NCBI GenBank assembly: GCA_965203905.1 | Contig: CBDBDQ010000005.1 | Coordinates: 4,480,001 to 4,544,000 of the forward strand | Reading direction: 5' to 3' | From: Spirochaetia bacterium | Lineage (GTDB): Bacteria > Spirochaetota > Spirochaetia > SZUA-6 > Bin103 | Length of the DNA: 64,000 nt | Shown: positions 31,459 through 40,918 of the stretch, piece after piece | Position numbering within the stretch: the stretch's first letter is position 1 | How the letters are laid out: each line of letters starts with the position of its first letter | Made by a program: the position numbers and the translations under genes | Notes under the pieces: model-generated | What the model saw: the letters and a program-made list of their open reading frames with translations, nothing else | Databases searched by the model: none | What the model was told of the DNA's origin: nothing

Positions 31459-33548
31459 GCCGCAGCCTCTTCGGGGGCCTGCGGCATGTTGAGCAGCGCG
31501 AAGGCGAGGGTACAGGCTATGACCAGCGCTCCCACCAGCAGCATTGCCTCGCCGTAGCCCACGAAGGTGACGACCGCGCCCACCACCACCGCGCCGGCGG
31601 CAGTGCCGATCCGCTCCAGGGTGCGGAACGAGCCGACGATTACACCCGGCCCGACGCCGAATTCGCGGCCGCGCTCGGCGATCTTCTGGATTGCCGCCAA
31701 CTGGGGCGCGGTCACCAGCGCGTACCCGCCGCCCATCAGCGCTACGGAAACCAGCAGTCCTCCGGTGGATCCGGCCAACGCCGGCAGCAGGCAGCCCAGC
31801 CCCACGACCAGCCCGCCCAGCGAGATCAACGCGCGCGGCCGTTGCAGGCGGTCGGAGTGGCGCGCGGCGAGTGGGGTGATGGTGACGCAGGCAATGCCGA
31901 ACACCATCATGATGCGGCCGACGTTGGACTGGGAGTTGCCCAGTTCTGCCAGGAACAGCGGGACCAGGTAGAAGAACAGGCCGCCGAGCACCAGCTTGGT
32001 CGGGAGCGCCGAGAACAGGGTGAGCACGACGAAGTCGCGCTGTACCAGGAGGCGGCGCCAACTGCGGTTCGTGCGTCTCCTGCCGCGGAAGCCCGCGAGG
32101 GCGCCACGGCCGGTTTCCGGATCGACGGTCACCAGTGCGGCTCCGGCGGAGAACAGCGCCAGCCCGGCCGCCACCAGCAGGGTCTGCTGGTAGCCCAGGC
32201 GGTCGGCCAGAATCCCACCGATCGCGGGACCGCACACGAAGGCGGCGAATACCGCCCCCAGGAAGCCGGACATCCCCACCGCGCGGTTTGACTGCACGGT
32301 GTGGTGCGCGACGTAGGCCTGCGCCGAGATGAAGATCAACCCGTATCCGAGCCCGGCCAGCGTCCACCAGACCAGCACCTCCGCGATGCTGCCGGACAGC
32401 GCCGCCCCCACGTGCCCGGCGACCGACGGGACGATGCCCATGACGAACATCGCCCGCGGAGCGACGCGATCGGTGAGCGCGCCGCCGATCGGAATCGCAA
32501 TGAGCACCATCACCATGAACGTGGTGATCGGGAGGCCGATGGTGAGCTCCTGGCTCAGCATCCCGAGCGGCGTGTAGAGCTGGTCGAAGAACAGCGGCAG
32601 GAACGGCCGCGACAATTCCTGCGCCAGCATGAACAGGAACAGCGGGATGCGTACGTCCATCGGGGAACGGGGAACGATAGTCTCCTCCGAGCCGGGCAGG
32701 GTAAAGCGGAAGCGCCTGCCCAGCGCCGTGACCACGTCGCGGATGCGCTGCTGAACGGTGCGGTCGAGCTGCACCGCGCGCGCATCCTCCGCCTCTTCGG
32801 TCAACATCGCGAATGCGCTGTTCACGCGGTGCACGGCGTCGTTGTAGGCCTCGGCGAAAGCCCCGATCTCGTCCTTGTTGCGCAGCCCGATGCGGCGCAG
32901 GAAATCGCCCTTCGCGCTGAGGATTATGAGCCGGTCCGCGAGTTGAATGGGGCCGGACACCCGCACCACGACGAAGGCCACCAGCAGTTCGATGCCGACC
33001 AGCAGGGTGGCCAGGAACACCGTGCCGATGTCCAGCCGCAACTCGCCGAGCTCGGACCGGATCGCGCCCTCGTGCACGCCTACCCGGAGGAACGCGACGA
33101 GCTCGTCCCGCACGGTGATCGGGAGCATCAGTGACTGGTCTTCGCCCGGCACCGGGGCCGCCGCGGGGTCCGTGGAGTACAGGACTCGGTCGTTGGTGTC
33201 CAGGACGCCGAGGTAGGTGAAATCCGGGTTGCGCTCCAGCACGCCGCCCAGAAATACGTCCATGTCGACCAGCGAGTCCAGCGGAATCCCCAGCGACAGC
33301 GCGTAGGCGATCTGGCTGGCGGCAAGCTCCCCGGCGACCTCGGCCTTGCGATGGATGTCGGGCAGCAACGACTCCTCGAAGGTGGTGGCCAGGAGAAAGG
33401 AGACGACCCCCTGCGAGAGCAGGAGCAGCACCGCCGTCAACGCGGCGAGGCGCAGCACCACGCCGCGAAAGATGCTCTGCTCCGACCGCTCGGGTGGCGG
33501 CGATGGGTTGCCGGAGCGCGCCTGCCCCCCGCTCGCGACCGAGCTCAT
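31455..33548 (-). CDS. Sensor/HAMP domain fused to an MFS transporter
   Basis: TM-periplasmic-TM region, HAMP (KDEIGAFAEAYN), then an MFS domain (GALTDRV, GGILADRLG). Confidence 0.85.
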   Translation of the reverse strand: MSSVASGGQARSGNPSPPPERSEQSIFRGVVLRLAALTAVLLLLSQGVVSFLLATTFEESLLPDIHRKAEVAGELAASQIAYALSLGIPLDSLVDMDVFLGGVLERNPDFTYLGVLDTNDRVLYSTDPAAAPVPGEDQSLMLPITVRDELVAFLRVGVHEGAIRSELGELRLDIGTVFLATLLVGIELLVAFVVVRVSGPIQLADRLIILSAKGDFLRRIGLRNKDEIGAFAEAYNDAVHRVNSAFAMLTEEAEDARAVQLDRTVQQRIRDVVTALGRRFRFTLPGSEETIVPRSPMDVRIPLFLFMLAQELSRPFLPLFFDQLYTPLGMLSQELTIGLPITTFMVMVLIAIPIGGALTDRVAPRAMFVMGIVPSVAGHVGAALSGSIAEVLVWWTLAGLGYGLIFISAQAYVAHHTVQSNRAVGMSGFLGAVFAAFVCGPAIGGILADRLGYQQTLLVAAGLALFSAGAALVTVDPETGRGALAGFRGRRRTNRSWRRLLVQRDFVVLTLFSALPTKLVLGGLFFYLVPLFLAELGNSQSNVGRIMMVFGIACVTITPLAARHSDRLQRPRALISLGGLVVGLGCLLPALAGSTGGLLVSVALMGGGYALVTAPQLAAIQKIAERGREFGVGPGVIVGSFRTLERIGTAAGAVVVGAVVTFVGYGEAMLLVGALVIACTLAFALLNMPQAPEEAAA

Positions 33549-34333
33549 CGATCGCTCCTCGACCCAACCTGCGGCGTTTGGGGATCGGCCTCGATGCGGC
33601 GAATCTCCTCGGTGGCTTCGGCAACCGCCTGCCGCGCTGCCGCCGCGGTCCTGGCAAAATCCGCGGAGGACTGGTCGGGCTGCATGGTCAGGTCCTCCGG
33701 CTCCTGCTCGATCGCCGCCTTCATGTTCTGCAGGCGGCGCCGCAGCTTGCGGGTGAAGAGCACGGCGAGCACCGTGCCGGCCGCGGCGAAACCCAGCAGC
33801 ACGGCGGCGCAGATTCCGGTGATCCGCAGCGCCATGGTGCGCACGGCGCTGTCGAAGTCGGTGCGCGAGTAGCGCAGGGCAAGGGAGCCGACGGCGCGCC
33901 CGATGCTGTCGTGCACCCGCACCCCCACGACGTGGGCGTCATGCTCGACCCGGGCCCACACCGGCTCGGGTGCAGCGTTCCAGGCGGCGGCCCACTCCTT
34001 GGCCACCAGGTCGCCGCGGAGACTCTCGTCGGAGCTGTACAGCACCGTACCCCGCTCGTCGAACATCTCGATCGACAACACGCCGGAGTGACGCGTGGTG
34101 GCTGCCTGCAACGCCTGGTTGACGCCCGGCAGGGCATCCACGGCCAGCCCGAGGGAAAGCGAGGACTCGACCGTGTGGGCGATGTCCTGCAGCACCAGGG
34201 CATGGCGGTCGCGCAACAGGTCGGACAGGAACTTCCGGTACTTGTAGTGATTCATGAGTCCGGTCAGCGAAATCGCCAACGTGAGAATCAGAAAGATGTT
34301 TACCGCAACGCGAGTAGGAAGATTGAGGTGCAT
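33545..34333 (-). CDS. Two-TM membrane protein with a sensor-like extracytoplasmic domain
   Basis: Resembles the N-terminus of the HAMP-MFS protein (SLSLGLAVDAL vs ALSLGIPLDSL; GTVLYSSD vs RVLYSTD); overlaps its start. Confidence 0.75.
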   Translation of the reverse strand: MHLNLPTRVAVNIFLILTLAISLTGLMNHYKYRKFLSDLLRDRHALVLQDIAHTVESSLSLGLAVDALPGVNQALQAATTRHSGVLSIEMFDERGTVLYSSDESLRGDLVAKEWAAAWNAAPEPVWARVEHDAHVVGVRVHDSIGRAVGSLALRYSRTDFDSAVRTMALRITGICAAVLLGFAAAGTVLAVLFTRKLRRRLQNMKAAIEQEPEDLTMQPDQSSADFARTAAAARQAVAEATEEIRRIEADPQTPQVGSRSDR

Positions 34334-34363
34334 GTTCCCTCCATCCGGTCGCCTGTCCTGGCG

Positions 34364-35749
34364 TCAGTCTTCTTCGTCGTCCTCTTCCGGCATCAGCACG
34401 AACTCGGGGTAGGCCTCGATCTTCAGCTCGCTGGCGTCCTGTCCGAGGCGCTCGTGGCTCTTCGACACGCGCACGGTCAACAGCACGTCCAGCAGGCGCC
34501 ACAGCAGCCAGGTGACGATGAACACGAACGCGCCGACCGCCAGCACGCCGACGAGCTGCACGCCGAAGTTGCCGCCGGCGGCGATGCACACCGCCAGCGT
34601 GCCCCAGATGCCTGCGATCAGGTGCGCGGGCACCGCTCCCACCACATCGTCGATCTTGAGCGTCTCCAGCAGCTTGATCCCCGCGGTACACAGCACGCCG
34701 CCGACTGCGCCGATGATCACCGCCCACAGATGCTGGGTGATGTCGGGGCCGGCGGTGATCGACACCAGCCCGGCTATGGCACCGTTCAGCGCCGCGAACA
34801 TGTCGGTGCGACCGAGGATGAAGCGGGAACACGCGAGCGCGGTTATGACCCCCGCGGCGGCGCCCAGGTTGGTGTTGACCAGCACGTTGCTCATCGCCAC
34901 CGCATCCAGGGCGGAGCCCAGTTGCAACTGCGAGCCGCCATTGAACCCGAACCAGCCGAACCACAGGATGAACACGCCGAGGGTCACCAGCACCACGTTG
35001 GAGGGAGCCGACGCCCGGACCGTGCCGTCGCGCCTGAACTTGCCCAGGCGGGGGCCGACGACGAGCACGCCGGCCAGCGCCGCCCAGCCTCCGGTGCCAT
35101 GCACGATGGTGGAACCGGCGAAGTCCTGGAAGCCCATGCTGGCGAGCCAGCCCCCGCCCCAGGTCCAGGCCCCGACCACCGGGTAGACGATGGCGGTCAG
35201 GAGAAAGGTGAAGAGGAAGAACGGCCACATCTTGACGCGCTCGGCCAGCGCTCCGGACACGATCGAGGCGGCCGTCGCCACGAACACCATCTGGAAGAAC
35301 CAGTCCGACATGACCGAGTAGCCGCTGCCGATCACCGCGGCGGCCGCAGCGGCATCTCCGCCGATCAGGGCGAGCTCGTCGGCCGACGGCCCGTAGAGCA
35401 GCTTAAACCTGCCGATCACGCTGCCCACGTCGACGTACATCAGGTTGTACCCCAGCAGGTAGTAGGCCAGTCCGGCGATGGAGTACAGGCCGATGTTCTT
35501 CAGGCAGATGACGGAGGCGTTCTTGGTGCGCACCGAGCCCGCTTCGAGCATCGTGAAGCCGGCGGCCATCCACATCACCAGCGCGCCCCAGATCATGAAC
35601 GAGAACGTGTTGAAGACGAACAGCGACTCCTCGTCCACCGCCGCGTAGGCCAGACTGGCGCCACCGAGTAACAGGCCGAGGACCAGCAGCGGTTTCCGTA
35701 CCGAAACCGTCTGCAAATCCGTCAGCGAGCGTCGCATACGTCGAAGCAT
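34364..35749 (-). CDS. amt: Ammonium transporter (Amt family)
   Basis: GFTMLEAG, FFQMVF, DFAGSTIVH, WFGWFGFNGGS and IDDVVGAVPAH; GAGGA precedes ATG 35749. Confidence 0.96.
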   Translation of the reverse strand: MLRRMRRSLTDLQTVSVRKPLLVLGLLLGGASLAYAAVDEESLFVFNTFSFMIWGALVMWMAAGFTMLEAGSVRTKNASVICLKNIGLYSIAGLAYYLLGYNLMYVDVGSVIGRFKLLYGPSADELALIGGDAAAAAAVIGSGYSVMSDWFFQMVFVATAASIVSGALAERVKMWPFFLFTFLLTAIVYPVVGAWTWGGGWLASMGFQDFAGSTIVHGTGGWAALAGVLVVGPRLGKFRRDGTVRASAPSNVVLVTLGVFILWFGWFGFNGGSQLQLGSALDAVAMSNVLVNTNLGAAAGVITALACSRFILGRTDMFAALNGAIAGLVSITAGPDITQHLWAVIIGAVGGVLCTAGIKLLETLKIDDVVGAVPAHLIAGIWGTLAVCIAAGGNFGVQLVGVLAVGAFVFIVTWLLWRLLDVLLTVRVSKSHERLGQDASELKIEAYPEFVLMPEEDDEED

Positions 35750-35947
35750 GTACTTATCCTCGTTTCGATTGGTTTTGGCCTCCGGGCCGTGCCGGCGAGC
35801 CGCCCGCGCACGGTGTCGTATCAAGCCGCCGATCCGCCACACAGTATCATCTGTATCATCGGACCATTTGTATCATAAAACAGATCGACGAGTGCATCTA
35901 CCCGTTGCACCCGTTGGGGCAGCGCGAACGTCGTCGAGGCGGTACGC

Positions 35948-37249
35948 TCAGCACTCGGCGCCGATCTCGGTCACGCCCGTGAAGGGATGCAGCACCTCCG
36001 GTATGGCCACCGAACCGTCCGCGCGCTGGCAGGTCTCCAGGATCGCCGGCAGCAGGCGGCTGGTGGCCAGCCCGGAAGCGTTGAGCGTGTGCACCAGCGA
36101 GGTGCCGCCCGGGCCGCGCACCCGGGTCCGGCCGCGGCGCGCCTGGTAGTCGCGGGTGTTGGAGGCCGAACTCACCTCCTCGTAGCTCTGCATGCTCGGG
36201 ATCCACACCTCGACGTCATAGGTCTTGGCGGCCGCAGCACTGCAATCTCCGGCGGCGAGCTGTGATACCCGGTAGTGCAGGCCCAGATCGCGCACCAGCG
36301 ACTCGGCCTGCTCCAGCATGTCGTCCAGGGCGGCATCCGACTGCTCCGGCGCCACGAACTGGAACAGCTCCACCTTGTGGAACTGGTGGCCGCGAATGGT
36401 GCCGCGGTCGTGGGTACGGTAGCTGCCCGCCTCGCGCCGATAGCAGGGAGTGAAGGCGCAATACTTGCGCGGCAGGGTGGCGGCGTCGAGGATCTCGTCG
36501 CGGTGCACGGCGGCCAGCGCGGTCTCCGCGGTGGGAATCAGCACCTGGCCACCGCGGCCGTCGACCGCGGCCTCGCCGGTGCCGTCGCCGTCGGCGAGCC
36601 GGTATACGTCGTGGCCGAACTTGGGAAACTGACCCGAGACGTAGCCGCAGTCCCAACTCACGATGTGCGGCAGCAGCATCAGTTCGTAACCGGCATTCAC
36701 GTTGCGCGAAATGCAGTAGTTCACCAGCGCGAGTTCCAGCAAGGCGCCGGTTCCATGGTAGACCCAGAAGCCGTTGCCGGCGATCTTCACGCCGCGTTCG
36801 AAGTCGATCAATCCAAGATCGGTGGCCAGGTTGATGTGGTCGCGGGGGACGAAGTCGAAGCGCGCCTGCTGGCCCCAGTCGCGCAGCACGGTGTTGCTCT
36901 CCTTGCCGCCTCCGGCGACGTCGCCGTCCGGCAGGTTGGGGAGCTGTTCCAGAAACTCCTGGAGTTGCCCCTCCACCTCCGTCCGCCGGCCGTCCAGCTG
37001 CTTGATGCGCTGCCCCACTTCCCGCATCTCTGCGATCAGTGCCTGCACCGGCTCGCCGCGCTGTTTGAAGCGCGGGATCTGGCCCGAGACCTCGTTGCGG
37101 CGGGCGCGCAGTGCGTCTGCCTCGACGATGAGACCACGGCGCCGCTCGTCCCACTCCAGTAATTCGGCGAAGTCTGCCTGTACGCCCCGCTTGGCCAGTG
37201 CCGCGGTGACGCCGGCGGGGTCGGAACGGATCCGGTTGAGATCGATCAT
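35948..37249 (-). CDS. serS: Serine--tRNA ligase
   Basis: LIPTAE, CYRREAG, RGHQFHKVELF and HTLNASGLA motifs. Confidence 0.97.
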   Translation of the reverse strand: MIDLNRIRSDPAGVTAALAKRGVQADFAELLEWDERRRGLIVEADALRARRNEVSGQIPRFKQRGEPVQALIAEMREVGQRIKQLDGRRTEVEGQLQEFLEQLPNLPDGDVAGGGKESNTVLRDWGQQARFDFVPRDHINLATDLGLIDFERGVKIAGNGFWVYHGTGALLELALVNYCISRNVNAGYELMLLPHIVSWDCGYVSGQFPKFGHDVYRLADGDGTGEAAVDGRGGQVLIPTAETALAAVHRDEILDAATLPRKYCAFTPCYRREAGSYRTHDRGTIRGHQFHKVELFQFVAPEQSDAALDDMLEQAESLVRDLGLHYRVSQLAAGDCSAAAAKTYDVEVWIPSMQSYEEVSSASNTRDYQARRGRTRVRGPGGTSLVHTLNASGLATSRLLPAILETCQRADGSVAIPEVLHPFTGVTEIGAEC

Positions 37250-37309
37250 GGACGTTGCGACCGTACCATGCGGAGACCGTGCCAAGCCACTACCATCGCT
37301 TGGCCGGAT

Positions 37310-38035
37310 CTAGGCCGGACGGCTCGGATTACGCTCCAGCTCGGCATGCACGGCAGCGAGGCGCCGGCGCCATGCCGGCGGCAAGTGCACGGCGCCGGTG
37401 AGCCGCACCTCGTCCACCAGTCCGCGCAGCAGCTTGCGGCGCTCGGCCGCCGAGGCCACCCGCCGCCTGGCTAGTGACCGTACCTGCGCCAGAGCATCGA
37501 GAAACTGTTCCAGCTCGGAGACGGGCGGGTCGGGGTGCCCGCCGCCGGCCGGATCCCCGACCGGCGAGGCGGCCTCCGCCAGCAGGATCGCCTCCAGGTC
37601 GCGGCGCAGGCGGCTGGCCAGGGCGGGGGCGGCATTGCTGGTGCTGATGCTGATCCGAAGGTGGCCGCAGGTGACCAGTGCGGCCATCGCCACGGTGGAG
37701 TACCGCGGCAGGTCGAAGGTATTGATCGGGATCCGCCTCCGGAGTGCCTGGGCGTAGACGCGGCGGCACAGCGCGGCATCGGAACGCACCGTGTTCAGCA
37801 CCAGGTGAGCGCTGCGCAGGTCGCTGCGCCGGTAGCGGCGGGCACGGTGGTCGATGCGCCCGGCGGCGGCCCAGTCCTGCAGCTCCCGGTTCAACTCGGG
37901 TGCTACCAGCAGCACCTCGGCGCGCGCCTGCAGCAGCCGTCCGGTCTTGTCGTGGGCCTCCGCTCCGCCGCCGATCACCAGGCAGCGGCGGCCGGCCAGG
38001 TCCAGGCCGAGCTGAAAGTGGGGGTTGAATTCCAC
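37310..38035 (-). CDS. Precorrin-2 dehydrogenase/ferrochelatase (CysG N-terminal/SirC-like)
   Basis: LDLAGRRCLVIGGG and LRISISTSNAAPALASRLR; GTG start after GAGGA. Confidence 0.85.
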   Translation of the reverse strand: MEFNPHFQLGLDLAGRRCLVIGGGAEAHDKTGRLLQARAEVLLVAPELNRELQDWAAAGRIDHRARRYRRSDLRSAHLVLNTVRSDAALCRRVYAQALRRRIPINTFDLPRYSTVAMAALVTCGHLRISISTSNAAPALASRLRRDLEAILLAEAASPVGDPAGGGHPDPPVSELEQFLDALAQVRSLARRRVASAAERRKLLRGLVDEVRLTGAVHLPPAWRRRLAAVHAELERNPSRPA

Positions 38036-38102
38036 GTCCTCACGCGTACTAATTGCAGCCAACGCCGCCATGATAGTGTGGCGTCCACGATAAGGACAGA
38101 CG

Positions 38103-39251
38103 ATGCCCGACACCGTACCCTACCAGTCGCTCAAGTCGGCCGCCGAGTGCCGCTACGATCTGCTCGCCCTGGGCGAGGTGATGCTGCGCTTCGATCCCCG
38201 CGACGTCCCCACCGCACGCATGCGCGACAACATCCGCGTGTCCCAGGGCGGCGGCGAGACCAACGTCGCGTGCGGCGCCGCCTACACCTTCGGCCTGCGT
38301 GCCGGCGTGCTCACCGCGCTGGTGGATGACGCCGTCGGCGAGAACATCCGTAATCAGCTCCGCGAGGCCGGGGTGGACGTCAGCAACATCCTGTGGTGGA
38401 ACACCGACGACGACGGCGGCGCCTATTCCACCGACCAGAAGGGCACGCTGCACAACGGCATCAGCGTCACCACCGTCGGCCGCGGCGTGCTGCCGTCGGA
38501 GACCCTGTACTACCGCGCCAACACGCCGGCGGCGCGCATGCGTCCCGGCGACTTCGACCTGCAACGGCTGTTTGCGGAGGAGGGTACCAGGGTCTTCAGC
38601 ACCGGCGGGATCCTCACCCTGATCGGCAGCGAGACCGCTGAGCTGGCGATCGACGCGGCGCGCGCCGCCCAGGCCCACGGCAGCTTCGTGGCGGCCGACC
38701 TCAACTACCGCTCCAAGGTGGAGCCGAACAAGGAGCGGGCGCGCGCCATCAACCGCCGCCTTGCGCCCTACCTCAGCATGCTGGTGGGCAACGACTCCGA
38801 CCTCTACGACGCCTTCGGCTACGATACCGCCGAACCGGCCTCGGACTCCTTCGACGACTGGCTGCAGGTGTACCGGGAGACCATCGTGCAGGTGGCGCGC
38901 GACTTCCCCAACCTGAGCCTGGTCGGCACCCAGTGGCGTGGCGCCCACGACGCGGACGAGATCAGTTGGGGGGCGGTGCTCTACGACTGCGCAGCCGACA
39001 CCTGGTACCGCGCCCCGCTGCGCGAGCACGTGCACATCACCGACCGCACCGGCGGCGGCGATTCGTTCGCCTGCGGCGTCCTGGCGGCGCTGCTGCAGGG
39101 CGAGTCGTTGCAGACGGCGGTGGAGTGGGGGGCCGCCCACGGCATCCTGGTGCAGGAGACGCCCGGCGACATCACCATGGTCAACCGACGCGCGGTGGAG
39201 GCGGAGGTGAAGCGCGCCGCGGCCGGGGGCGGGGTCAAGGCCGCGCGCTGA
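38103..39251 (+). CDS. PfkB family sugar kinase (KdgK-like)
   Basis: LGEVMLRFDP, GGGETNVA, DLNYR and DRTGGGDSF motifs. Confidence 0.9.
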   Translation: MPDTVPYQSLKSAAECRYDLLALGEVMLRFDPRDVPTARMRDNIRVSQGGGETNVACGAAYTFGLRAGVLTALVDDAVGENIRNQLREAGVDVSNILWWNTDDDGGAYSTDQKGTLHNGISVTTVGRGVLPSETLYYRANTPAARMRPGDFDLQRLFAEEGTRVFSTGGILTLIGSETAELAIDAARAAQAHGSFVAADLNYRSKVEPNKERARAINRRLAPYLSMLVGNDSDLYDAFGYDTAEPASDSFDDWLQVYRETIVQVARDFPNLSLVGTQWRGAHDADEISWGAVLYDCAADTWYRAPLREHVHITDRTGGGDSFACGVLAALLQGESLQTAVEWGAAHGILVQETPGDITMVNRRAVEAEVKRAAAGGGVKAAR

Positions 39252-39280
39252 GCCGGCCGTACCCGAGGCGGAGTTCACGC

Positions 39281-40285
39281 ATGCGCTACCGGAAGCTGGG
39301 CCGGACCGGCCTGGAGGTGAGCGAGCTCGGCATGGGCGGTGCCTGGATCACCGAACGCGCCGCGGCACGCGCCGACGGCATCGCCGCGGTGCGCCGCGCC
39401 CTGCAGCTCGGCATCAACTACGTCGACACCGCGCCCTCGTACGCCGACAGCGAGGAGGTGCTCGGCCAGGCCCTGGACGGAGTGGTCAAGCCGTTCATCC
39501 TGTCCACCAAGCTGGGCGGCCGCCCGCGGCCCTTCGATGCCCGCGACAAGGATGGCCTGCGGCGCTCGGTCGACACCAGCCTGCGGCTGCTGAAGCTGGA
39601 CCACATCGACATCCTGATGATCCATGAGCCGGACCGCCCCGGCCAGTACGACTGGTTCACCGACTGGGAGCGGTTCCACGGTCCCGTGATCGAGCTGCTG
39701 GACGAGCTCAAGCAGGCCGGCGTGATCCGCTTTACCGGGATCGGCGGCACCACCGCGTACACCATGGCCCACCTCATAGCCACCGGCGAGTTCGACGTGG
39801 TGCTGACCGCCTTCAACTACAGCCTGCTGTGGCAGGAAGCGCTGATCGCGGTCCTGCCGGAGGCGATGCGGCAGCAGATGGGCATCGTGGTGGGATCGCC
39901 GCTGCAGCAGGGCGCGCTGTCGCACGTGTACCGCGAGGAGGTGGAGCACGGCGCCCGCTGGCTCTCGCCACCGCGCCGCGAGCAGTACCGTGCGCTCTAC
40001 GCACTGGTCGACGAGCTGGACATGGGACTTCCGGAGCTGGCCCTGCGGTTCGTGCTGTCCAATCCCGACATCTCCTGCACGCTGACCGGCGCCCGTTCGG
40101 TCGCCGAGGTGGAGGCGAACGTGGCGGCAGCCGAACGGGGACCGCTGCCGGAGGAGGTGCTCGCCAGGATCGGGGAGGTCGCCGCCATGGTGCCGTTCCG
40201 GCCGTTCGAGGAGCCGTTCGTGATGCCGTTCGGCCGGCCCCACCGGGGCCCGGGCCATGCCAACCGGATGCGCGCGCCGTGCTGA
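39281..40285 (+). CDS. Aldo/keto reductase
   Basis: MRYRKLGRTGLEVSELGMG, GINYVDTAPSY, LSTKLG and LMIHEPD. Confidence 0.92.
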   Translation: MRYRKLGRTGLEVSELGMGGAWITERAAARADGIAAVRRALQLGINYVDTAPSYADSEEVLGQALDGVVKPFILSTKLGGRPRPFDARDKDGLRRSVDTSLRLLKLDHIDILMIHEPDRPGQYDWFTDWERFHGPVIELLDELKQAGVIRFTGIGGTTAYTMAHLIATGEFDVVLTAFNYSLLWQEALIAVLPEAMRQQMGIVVGSPLQQGALSHVYREEVEHGARWLSPPRREQYRALYALVDELDMGLPELALRFVLSNPDISCTLTGARSVAEVEANVAAAERGPLPEEVLARIGEVAAMVPFRPFEEPFVMPFGRPHRGPGHANRMRAPC

Positions 40286-40529
40286 CCACGCTGCGTGATT
40301 GACAACCGCGAGACCGCACTGCAAGCTATGATGCGGTACCGGGTGGGCCAGGCAAGGCTGCCGGCGGGACGCCGGTGCGGCCGTCCCGTCGTTGCGCGAA
40401 CGGCGTAGCAGAACAGTCGACTTGGTGCTATCTTTACGATGCATTCCATCATTTCGTGGTGGGGCAACCGGGCGGGGTTCATGGCCGGTGCCTATGCCGC
40501 TTCATCAGGTGGGGCAGGAGACAGTTTGA

Positions 40530-40868
40530 GTGGAAATCAGTAACGAACGCGATGGCGGCACACTGATCGTGCATGCCGCTGGGCGGGTAGATGGCAGCAA
40601 CTCGCAGGAGTTCCAGGATGGTCTGGAGGCGGTGATCGATGACGCCGACCGTGCCGTGGTCCTGGATCTGGAGCAGCTTTCCTACATCAGCAGTTCGGGA
40701 CTCAGGGTAATGCTGCTGATCGCCAGGAAACTGCAACGGCAGCAGGCCAAGTTCGCGCTGTGCTCGCTTTCGGACTCGATCCGAGAGGTGTTCGAGATCA
40801 GCGGTTTCGACCGGATCATCCCGGTGCACGCCTCCCGGTCCGAGGCGGTCTCCGCGGTGGCGGGCTGA
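40530..40868 (+). CDS. STAS anti-sigma factor antagonist
   Basis: LDLEQLSYISSSGLR phosphoserine motif. Confidence 0.93.
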   Translation: MEISNERDGGTLIVHAAGRVDGSNSQEFQDGLEAVIDDADRAVVLDLEQLSYISSSGLRVMLLIARKLQRQQAKFALCSLSDSIREVFEISGFDRIIPVHASRSEAVSAVAG

Positions 40869-40918
40869 TCGCGCAGGCATTCGCGTCGCGTAGCGCAGCG
40901 AGCCCGGGGCACTAGAGG

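Noticed and set aside
30454-33657. 1067-aa ORF
   Set aside because: Only the last 334 codons (from 31458) are the binding protein; the rest is an off-frame read of the MFS gene.
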